Shown piece after piece: positions 18,935 through 27,700 of a stretch of 64,000 nt of DNA. The stretch is from NCBI GenBank assembly GCA_044226015.1, contig JBGAHS010000001.1, positions 1,248,001 through 1,312,000 of the forward strand. Reading direction: 5' to 3'. Each line of letters begins with the position of its first letter. Position 1 is the stretch's first letter. Below the pieces are notes generated by a model. It saw nothing but the letters and a program-made list of their open reading frames with translations, had not been told where the DNA came from and searched no databases. A program made the translations under genes and the position numbers. The DNA comes from Candidatus Obscuribacteraceae bacterium. GTDB lineage: Bacteria > Cyanobacteriota > Vampirovibrionia > Obscuribacterales > Obscuribacteraceae.

Positions 18935-19954
18935 TTAGGGGCTGGCTGCATTTCCTGGAATTTCATCGGGGGTAGCTGGTCTGACGGATCCGTCAGGAAA
19001 TTGCGTGTGTGGTGTCGGAACATATTGTCCTGTTTCTTTATCATAATGTGGTCCACCCGTTAAATCGGTATGTTGCTGTTCGTCGAATCCAGATGGGTTT
19101 TGCGGGTTTTCAGTCCATGTTGCAGTGTGAGTTGTTTGCCCAGCAGCATTTGTCGACCAGGTGGAGTGCGGTCCAGCAGCTCCAGGCACAGGCCTAAGCC
19201 TGGGAGGTCTGGAACAAACAAAATTGGGGACCAGCTGACCAGCAAGATTACTCAGTCCTCCTGCAAAACCTCCTAATGCACCTAATCCAAGCCCGCCTAG
19301 TCCTGCGCCAGGTAGGGCTAGGACGCCCCCAGCCTCTATAGATATGGCGCCGCCAACTATCCCCCCGCCAAGCATGCCTGCTTCCATACCTGCTATGGCG
19401 CCAGAGTTAGCTGCCTGTCTAACCTGCGCCCAATCAACTAAACCAGTATGATCCGAATATCGGATTGGATTTCCACCAACATAAGCATAAAGATTGGTTC
19501 CGCCTGTTATGCCGATGGGATCTCTGTTGATCCATCGACCAATTGATGAGGAATACATTCGGAATAGTGCCATGTTCAATCCAGACCACTTATGGGCGTA
19601 ATAACTGGCGTACTGGAAATCGGCATCACCACTACCGGCAATTTTTGTGACTACCCCGTAAGGTCCATAACCGTACTGCGCAACGATTGCACCAGAGGAA
19701 TCAGTCATTTCCCTTATGGAGCCCAAGTGGTCTCGCGTGTAAGGGAAGCTAGCAGGAGTTCCGCTGGTGAAATTTACTTGTCCCATTGCAAGAAACTGCT
19801 TCCCATTGCTCAGGCTGCCGGATGCATCCCTTTCTTCGCAACGAGTTTGCTCGCACCACAAATGTTGCTTCGTCGAAGTGACACTGCCAGCAGTGCGCTC
19901 CTCAATTTTTGCAGCGCGCGAAAGTGCATCATACGAAAATTGGGTGATGTTTCC
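18935..19954 (-). CDS. Orphan RHS cassette 7; glycine-zipper segment plus Ntox24-like tip
   Basis: GPHS..NPQNPSGFD..GGPHYDKETGQYVPTPH..VRPATPDEIP; followed by Imm53. Confidence 0.8.
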   Translation of the reverse strand, partial: GNITQFSYDALSRAAKIEERTAGSVTSTKQHLWCEQTRCEERDASGSLSNGKQFLAMGQVNFTSGTPASFPYTRDHLGSIREMTDSSGAIVAQYGYGPYGVVTKIAGSGDADFQYASYYAHKWSGLNMALFRMYSSSIGRWINRDPIGITGGTNLYAYVGGNPIRYSDHTGLVDWAQVRQAANSGAIAGMEAGMLGGGIVGGAISIEAGGVLALPGAGLGGLGLGALGGFAGGLSNLAGQLVPNFVCSRPPRLRPVPGAAGPHSTWSTNAAGQTTHTATWTENPQNPSGFDEQQHTDLTGGPHYDKETGQYVPTPHTQFPDGSVRPATPDEIPGNAASP

Positions 19955-20315
19955 TGGGTGGATTTTTTGAACGATAGATTCATCTTTAGAAAAGATGAGT
20001 CGTGATCCAAGAAGCTTTGGATTGACACCATTCAAGGTGCCCATGGACAAGGCTTAATCTCTCCGCCGCTCGCAGCGTTTTCGCCTATCCAGAGCGTAAA
20101 GCTCTCCCCGCGACACTTGTTGGTTAAAACACCGCGCTGCTTATAGTAGTCCGCAAAAATTCTTCTATAACGAGCGGCTGAAGCACGGCGACCAGGATCG
20201 CTTTGCCCCGTGACTCCGGAAGTGGTACTCGACTAACTCGCGCTTCACCGGAGTGATACTATTCGCGGTGCGTGGCCGAATTCTTGAAGACGGAGAAATG
20301 CTTGAGGAATAGCTT

Positions 20316-21155
20316 GTGGATCACGAATTCCGCACTTTCTATGCGTTGAGGGACTATTTTGATTTGGAACAATTTTCAGTCTGTAATTCCTCCTGTCCAT
20401 TTACACAGAGACGTTTTATAATAGGATTGTGTAGGGATTTGCCTTGTTTTGGACCATTGCACGTGAGGTACGATATGGATGATGATTTCACCGTTATGCA
20501 AATTGGTTTGAATCTGTCTTTGGCTAAAGCTAGAGCTATGAAGAACACTTTAAGTGGAACAGCCTGCGCCGAGGAGCTTGAAAAAAGACTTATGTTGGCA
20601 GGCTTTTTTGAAAATAGATCGGTTCGTGATGAGCGGTTTCTGGAAGAATTTGCTGCTCAACTAATATTTTTGATCGAGAACTATCCAACTCGGAAGATTC
20701 ATCAGTTTCTATTTTTCTCTCATTGCTCGACGGCGTACAACAAAGTAAAACGACGCTGGATGAATGTCGTAAATTCAAATCCTAACAACTTAGAAGTACT
20801 CGATAACGCTGCTAGTTTTTGCAGCTTATGGAGTCCTAGAACTGCTGAAAAAATTTATCTTCAGGCCGAATCAATCGATAGCAATAATCCTCACTGGGCG
20901 TTCGCCCTAGCTGAGTTTTATTTGCGACATGCGAAGTGCAAAATAAGTCAACGAGATCCTTTGCTTAACAAAGCAGTGAATACACTAGAGCGCCTATTCT
21001 CAATTTTAGAGGAGCGAGGATGCGAAAATTTTAGACTTGGATCTCTCAATACGATGCTGCATGAGCTTGAGAGCTACTCAAATCGTGCAAGTCTGTCCCA
21101 CAGAATATTCCTTTTAACAAACAGGCTCACTTCACTTAAATCCAGAACAAGTTAA
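20316..21155 (+). CDS. TPR-like protein convergent with cassette 8; paralog of 2354-3445
   Basis: WMNVVNSNPNNLEVLDNAASF...DSNNPHWAFALAEFY. Start codon uncertain. Confidence 0.6.
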   Translation: MDHEFRTFYALRDYFDLEQFSVCNSSCPFTQRRFIIGLCRDLPCFGPLHVRYDMDDDFTVMQIGLNLSLAKARAMKNTLSGTACAEELEKRLMLAGFFENRSVRDERFLEEFAAQLIFLIENYPTRKIHQFLFFSHCSTAYNKVKRRWMNVVNSNPNNLEVLDNAASFCSLWSPRTAEKIYLQAESIDSNNPHWAFALAEFYLRHAKCKISQRDPLLNKAVNTLERLFSILEERGCENFRLGSLNTMLHELESYSNRASLSHRIFLLTNRLTSLKSRTS

Positions 21156-21297
21156 TCAGCTGAAACTGTATGAGCAGGTACGCTACTGCTCACACAGCCA
21201 GCGCAATGGTGCATTTGTCATTTCTGAGCGTGAGGAGTCTCAATATTCTCCAATAAAGTTCGCCTTGCTCTACAAAATAGACAGGAGTCCAATATCT

Positions 21298-22156
21298 TCA
21301 GTGCCATCTGATACCGAACTCTCGAAAAATGTCGTACCATGGAGGATTGGCAAAAACAAACCCCTGAGATACAGTCAAAACGCAATCCTTGTATACCCCC
21401 GAGCATTTTGAGATGCAAGTGTCATATTGTTCCTTATCGATACAGCCACTGTCGAAAAGCTCCCGACATAGGTTTATGCATTTATCCCTATTGGTTAGAC
21501 AGCAAACTCTCGTACTACAGTTCGTAAATCGATCAGGGCGTCTAAATGCTCGAGCAGAGGAAATCGAGAACGAAACGGAGGTGCTACAGGCACCGGAAGT
21601 ACAAGCAGGCGTTGGGCTTCCAATTGAACCCAAAAGTCCCATTGAATCAACTTCTTCAATTGGTTCATTTTCTGCATAACAGTAAAGATTTGCTCCTCCG
21701 TTTTCAGCAATCGGGTCCCGATTGAAAAAACGACCGAAATCAGAATGATAATTTTCTGAAAACTAATAAATTCAGTGTAGTCCTTGGATGCAGGTAATAA
21801 CCTGCATACTGAAAATCTGCATCTGAGCTTCCAGCGACTTTGATAACTGTTCCGTATGGAGCATAGCTATACTGGGCTTCTATTGTCATGCCACTCACGC
21901 TCGATTGCGTCATTTCGCGCACAGAGCCTATATGATCGGCAGTATAAAAGAGGCTTGTTGGGGTAGCGCTGATGAAATTGGCCTGACCAAGTCCCAAAAA
22001 TTGTTTACCATTGCTCAAGCTGCCAGACGCATCTCTTTCCTCGCATCTCGCAGAGTCGCACCACAGGTGTTGCTTCGTCGAAGTAACACCTGTGGTGCGC
22101 TCTTCGATTTTTGTGGCGCGCGAAAGTGCATCATACGAAAATTGGGTGATGTTTCC
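21298..22156 (-). pseudogene. Orphan RHS cassette 8 (frameshift near 21750); Cys-rich tip
   Basis: Site and core in one frame; GRFFNRDP..DSMG and tip CCLTNRDKC..CISKC in another. Confidence 0.85.
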
Positions 22157-22307
22157 GGTCGGATTTGATTGGATTTTAGAGGTCTTTAATCACCATTTTT
22201 TTTTCGAAACTCCATTGCGGTTAGACTGGGTGACGAAACTGAACCACCAAATCCTATTCGAATTGAACCACCACTGGTAAGGGCACCATCACCGCTATCC
22301 CATTGCT

Positions 22308-22634
22308 TTAGTGACCGCCGAAGATTGCTTCATACCAAAATTTATTCTCATCTCTAAACCATGACTTGTTTTCGTCGGTACACAGACCAGACAGCGATTG
22401 CATTTCCGTTGAATAACGGAACATAAGTCCAATCAGGTTTCTCAGGCTGTCATCATCTAAGGTGTTTTCTTCTAACTGAAGTTCAACTTGATTGGGCACG
22501 CCCTGTAGCGGCTTTCCCGGAAGAACAGAAATCGATTTTACACCCCTAAGCTGCTTTAATCCGTGGAAAAAAAGCTCTTCGTCAAGTTGAGAGAACCACC
22601 TCAAGGGCTCAGGAACGCTAAGGACATAACTCAT
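22308..22634 (-). CDS. Putative immunity protein for the Ntox37-like toxin
   Basis: Starts 2 bp after the cassette 9 stop; FSQLDEELFF..LRNLIGLMFRY..NKSWF..FWYEAIF. Confidence 0.7.
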   Translation of the reverse strand: MSYVLSVPEPLRWFSQLDEELFFHGLKQLRGVKSISVLPGKPLQGVPNQVELQLEENTLDDDSLRNLIGLMFRYSTEMQSLSGLCTDENKSWFRDENKFWYEAIFGGH

Positions 22635-22636
22635 AA

Positions 22637-23683
22637 TTATCTCCGAACACCATTAGGATAAACGTTAGTATAACCACCACCGGGTTCTTGCACATCCCAA
22701 TGAGGTCCGCCATGAGCATTAGGAGATCCTTCTGGTCCAGTCGGTACCCAAACATTGCCGCTTGCATCTTCCCAGCCGTAGCCTGACCCATTGGGATTTT
22801 TTACCCAGTTTGGACCACCTTTGGGCTCTTCGTACCCAGTCGCTGGATGATTCGCTGGATTACCAGGAGCTTTTGGACCATTAGGATCGTGTGCATTGTC
22901 AGGTGGCTTCATGCAGAGGGTGTTCGGCAAAATACCTTGCGCTGGCTTGTAGCCAGCTAGTTGTCCAGCCAAATTGCTAAGTCCTCCAGCGAAGCCGCCT
23001 ACAGCACCAAGACCTAATCCCCCCAACCCAGCTCCTGGGAACGCCAAGATCCCACCTGCTTCGATTGAGATTGCACCTCCTGCAATACCGCCAGCAACCA
23101 TACCGGCCTCGATTCCTGCAACGGCCCCTTGGTTGGCAGCTGATTGGACTTGCCCCCAGTCAATCAAACCAGTTGGATCTCGCCGTGAAATCGGATTGCT
23201 CCCTGCGTAAGCATAGAGATTCGAACCACCTGCAATTCCAATGGGGTCCCTGTTAACGAACCGCCCACGAGTGGGCAGGTAAGCTCTGTAAGAGGGCAAC
23301 AGTAAACCGCTCCTGGGGTGAGCATAATAACCCGCGTACTGCATGTCGGCATCACCACTCCCCTGGGTCTTGGTTACTTCACCATATGAAGAATAGCCAT
23401 ACTGGGCAACGATAGCGCCAGCGCCATCAGTCATCTCCCTGATACTGCCAGGCGGATCATCCTTGGTGTAGTAGTAGCTAGTGCCACTACCACTTGTGAA
23501 GTTCCTTTGCCCCAAGGTGAAGAATTGCTTTCCATTGCTCAAGCTCCCCGACGCATCTCTTTCCTCACACCTTTGCGTCCCGCACCAAAGATGTTGCTTC
23601 GTCGAAGTGACACTGCCTGCAGTGCGCTCTTCAATCTTCGTGGCGCGCGAGAGTGCATCATACGAAAATTGGGTGATGTTTCC
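22637..23683 (-). CDS. Orphan RHS cassette 9; glycine-zipper segment plus Ntox37-like tip
   Basis: DPNGPKAPG..GWEDASGNVWVPTG..HGGPHWDVQ..NVYP. Confidence 0.82.
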   Translation of the reverse strand, partial: GNITQFSYDALSRATKIEERTAGSVTSTKQHLWCGTQRCEERDASGSLSNGKQFFTLGQRNFTSGSGTSYYYTKDDPPGSIREMTDGAGAIVAQYGYSSYGEVTKTQGSGDADMQYAGYYAHPRSGLLLPSYRAYLPTRGRFVNRDPIGIAGGSNLYAYAGSNPISRRDPTGLIDWGQVQSAANQGAVAGIEAGMVAGGIAGGAISIEAGGILAFPGAGLGGLGLGAVGGFAGGLSNLAGQLAGYKPAQGILPNTLCMKPPDNAHDPNGPKAPGNPANHPATGYEEPKGGPNWVKNPNGSGYGWEDASGNVWVPTGPEGSPNAHGGPHWDVQEPGGGYTNVYPNGVRR

Positions 23684-24108
23684 AGTGCGTGAGGACTTGA
23701 TCTCGCTGATGAAATGAGGTCAATGCACTAAGCAAAAGTCGGAACATGTGCCGTGCTGCAAAAGAAAAATGATCTGGTGCTAGCGGGTGCTTGACTGTTA
23801 TCTTGCAGGTTCCTTAGGTGTCTGATCACTTTTAATTCTTAATTCAGCTTAGTCTGCTGCTTTGCAGATACGCCTCAAACACAATTATTTTTTTTGCGCG
23901 TAGCCGCATCCTCGGTTCTTTCAGGTTGTCCTAACAAACCTTGTCTATTACTCTATTACTAGAGCATGGAAATCATTTCTTCCTCGTTCAGTCTATAGTT
24001 CTTTGATCCTTGCGTACGCAGACGCAATTCGACGACTTTTGAAACACGCATAGCATGCCTATAGTCAACAGTGATAAGCAAAAAATCTCTGAAGCTTTGC
24101 TACAAGAG
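23658..24108 (-). repeat. 451-bp inverted repeat, left copy
   Basis: Reads as the reverse complement of 31436-31886; no mismatch seen by eye. Confidence 0.92.
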
Positions 24109-24182
24109 CCAGGTCTTTTACTTCAGCTTGAGTCAAATTCTAGAGCTCTTCGATCAAGATCTGTATGTTTAATCGGTGCCAA
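24021..24182 (-). pseudogene. FimB/FimE-like recombinase 5' fragment (copy B)
   Basis: PIKHTDLDRRALE/LTQAEVKDLALVA/FRDFLLITVDYRHAMRVSKVVELR with frameshifts. Confidence 0.75.
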
Positions 24183-24367
24183 ATTTTTTAGCCGAAAATG
24201 GTGTTTGAAGAGATATGCGGTTTGAAATAGGCGAAAACAACGGTCAGATGGTTCAAAGTCAAAGATAGCTGAGAACAGTCCTTTTCGGCTATCTTTATGT
24301 AGAGACAGAGGTTAATGGCTCTAATCTTTGCAAAGAAATTCTTTCTATAGGGAGAAGGGTGACATTG

Positions 24368-24781
24368 TCATAAAGCCACTCTGATAAATACTTTCTGATT
24401 CATCCTATCAACCAATTCACATGCGGATTTGAGATCAGTAAGTATTGTCAGAACTGATTTGTCAGTATAGTTACGAGCTATTACAGGATCGTATTTCTTC
24501 CATTGCTTGACCAAACTTTTTAACTCTTCCTTACTAGCTCTCCATAGAAAGTTGACCACGTCGGCAGGTATTTGGTATAGCCAAACGGTCTCCGCAACCG
24601 AAGTGTATAAGATCGGAATTGCATCCTCGTCATACTTAGTGCGAGTTACGATGGATAACAGGCTAGCCACGTTCGCTGGCATTAAATCGGGGATCAGTAA
24701 TTCCCCTTCTTTCTCAGAAAAGCCAGGGTGCTCACACCTCCGCTTAGCAGAAGCAAGTGTTCCGACAAGTATGTGTGTCAT
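24368..24781 (-). CDS. Hypothetical protein, possibly an orphan immunity protein
   Basis: 137-aa ORF MTHILVG...KVFIRVAL; its ATG is back to back with the RHS ATG at 24783. Confidence 0.55.
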   Translation of the reverse strand: MTHILVGTLASAKRRCEHPGFSEKEGELLIPDLMPANVASLLSIVTRTKYDEDAIPILYTSVAETVWLYQIPADVVNFLWRASKEELKSLVKQWKKYDPVIARNYTDKSVLTILTDLKSACELVDRMNQKVFIRVAL

Positions 24782-24782
24782 A

Positions 24783-27700
24783 ATGCCCAAAATAGAAGAC
24801 CCAACCTTCGATACTGATGGTACAAAGTGGATCACCGCAGCCGCACTCAACTCTGAGACCGACGGCTATTTCATGATTCCGTCAGATCAAATGAGCGCTG
24901 CGTGGACTTTGCTTGATGCTGACCAGGCAAAAGCAATTTGGGGAAAGGGTTACGCTCTGCTTCCTCAACAATTCAAAACACCAAATTGCCCCAAATCACC
25001 TTGTACAACAGGCTGCAGTTGCCCAGTAAATGGGATGCCGAAAGCTTCAGCTTTTTCTATGAATGCCACACTCAATATTGTGGATACGCCGCTGTCTTAT
25101 TCGCCACCAATTGGTCCAGACATGGGCGTGGTCGTTAATTACAATTACAACGAAGCTGAGCAACCCTCAAATTTCACCTTCACAAATCTTGGGCATAACT
25201 GGAGCCTGAATTGGCTCTCTTATCTCACTATTGATAGCACTGACCCCATTCATCGAATAGTGAAAGTGAGAGTTAGAGGCGGCGGTTATGAGCAGTACAC
25301 CGAGCCATTTGGGAACAGAAATCCTTATTCTCTTGCGATTATTGCAGAAGTAAACAATGCAGGAGTAATAAGTTGGGAACGACGGATGCCTGACGGAAGC
25401 GTCGAAAAATACGAAAGAAAAAATGCTGCCGGAGACACCTTCTTTCTTACCCAGGTTGTTGACCCTCAGAACAACGCAGCCGTTCTGTCTTACTCATCCA
25501 ACACAGTTACAGATCCAGGCTATTTCCGCCTGGCTTCAATTACTGATGCCTGTGGCAACTCTCCGATGACGGTGACATACGATTCAAACAGTTCAACAGA
25601 CCCCGGCTATTACAAGGTTACCAGCGTTGCCGATGGCTTTGGCCGCTCTGCCAGCTTTGCATACAGCTCTGACAAAAGCCAATTGCTCAGCATTACCGAT
25701 GCGGTTGGAAACCAGTCAAAATTTTCCTATCAGACTGACACGGACTCAACCTTTATAAACCTTATGGTCACGCCCTACGGATCTACTGGATTCTATCGGT
25801 ACACACCAGCGGGTGCGACGGGAGCCGTGCCGGAAGGAATGACGTTCACACTACCAGATGGTTCAAGCACACGAATTGAAAATTGGTTGGGCGAACTCAA
25901 ATATACTTATTTTTGGGATAGAGAAGCCTCTGAGATGTATCCGGACGATGCATTCAACAATGTCTACACGCACTGTCAGACTACTCGCTGGCTGTACACA
26001 CCTAATTCCGTTCAGACATCTATCCCTAGTTGGACCAGAAAGCCACTGGAAGCACCCGTAAGCTATTACTTTCCGGGTCAGACTGGCTGGAACCAAATTT
26101 CTGGTGGATTTGTGCGTGTCCAGCAGATGTCGCAACAACTGGTTCCCATTAAGAACACGATAACTATTGGCGGAACAATTACCGCAGGAAATATCATCAA
26201 GGTAGAACTCGATGATCTTGGTCTCCCCGAGGGACTTACACAGGTTTCTTACACGGTTGTTGCGGGAGACACGACAAGCACAATAGCTGCGGGGTTGGTT
26301 CAGAGTATAAACAATTCGACGCCCTTGCAAGCCTTTGGAATCACCGCCACTTCCGTGGGCAACGTAGTGACAGTTAGTTCCCTTACACCAAATGACTTTG
26401 ATAGCAGCAAATTTGTTAATAAGTCAGGAGCGGTAACTGAGACTTTGACTTTTACCACTGGAACCAATCGAGTTCAGAACTTCACTTGTAGTGGAACCGC
26501 TACGGCGGGGCAAGTCTACGCGATAACAGTCACTGACTCCACCTTGCCTGGTGGTTCACAAACTATTAGCTACACCGTTCAAACTGGAGATAGCAACGCC
26601 GATATAGCTCAAGCGCTGTCACTTGGCGTAAATGCAAATGCAAACCTTCAAGCTTCGAAGATTTCGTCTGCATGGAGTAGTGCCTTCTATATTGGAGTTG
26701 GACAAACACCTTCAAGTACAGCCAACCCTGTGATTGGTGTTCAGACAAATTCAACCAGCAGCACCACGTATTCTGGCACCGTTAATGGTGCTGCAAGCGC
26801 TAACTTTAGCAGTGCAACCAGTGCTCATGGTCTAGTTAAGGCAAATTACAACCTCTACACTGACGTTGGCAATCCGAACCCTACTGCGATAATCGATCAA
26901 TTAGGAAGACGACTAGACATCACTTATGCGGCAAACGACATTGACGTAATCAAGGTCCTCGAAAATGCGGCGCTGCATTCAAGCCTGGTTGGCTATTGGA
27001 CGTATGGAACCGTTCCACATAAGCCGACCGCTGCCTACGATTCATCACTGCAGCACACTCTCTACACCTACCAGAGTAACGGCGAGCTGGCTACCGTAAC
27101 AGACCGAAACGGAGCCACCACAACCTACAATTACAACGCCAACAGTTATCTCAGCTCCATCGATGGACCATTAAGTGGCAACCAGGACGTGACTACATTC
27201 TCCTTCTACGGGTATGGTCTGCCAAGCTCAATCACAGACTCTGAAGGCTACACGCTCAACTTCTCTTACGACGGTTTGAACCGTTTAACCAGCACTGCGT
27301 TTCCTGATGGCACCACAGAAGACACCAGATATAATCGGCTCGATGCTGTAATGATGTCTGACCGTATTGGCCGGTGGACTCAGCGAACCTACGACAGCAT
27401 GCAGAATTTGGTCTCCGAGGTTGACCCGCTTGGACGACAAACGAAGTATTGTTGGTGCCATTGTGGTGGTCTGGCATCATTGACTGACCCTGCAGGCAAT
27501 ACCACAAAATGGCATCATGACCTGGAAGGTCGCGTTATTCAGAAGGAATACGCTGATGGTTCTCATTACGACTACGTCTATGAAACCACAAACAGCAGAA
27601 TCGCTTCAATTTCTGATGCCATTCAGCCGACTCCGCAAAGCACCATTTTCACCTACAACCTGAATGATTCTGTTGCCGTCAAGCGCTATGCCAATGCCGT

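Noticed and set aside
22234..22273. Tandem GAA(A/T)(C)TGAACCACC repeats
   Set aside because: They resemble an IS21-type end remnant but are too short to call and have no adjacent transposase.
24507..24782. N-terminal 92 aa of the 2057-aa RHS ORF
   Set aside because: It overlaps a more protein-like antisense ORF and shows no signal peptide or recognisable motif.
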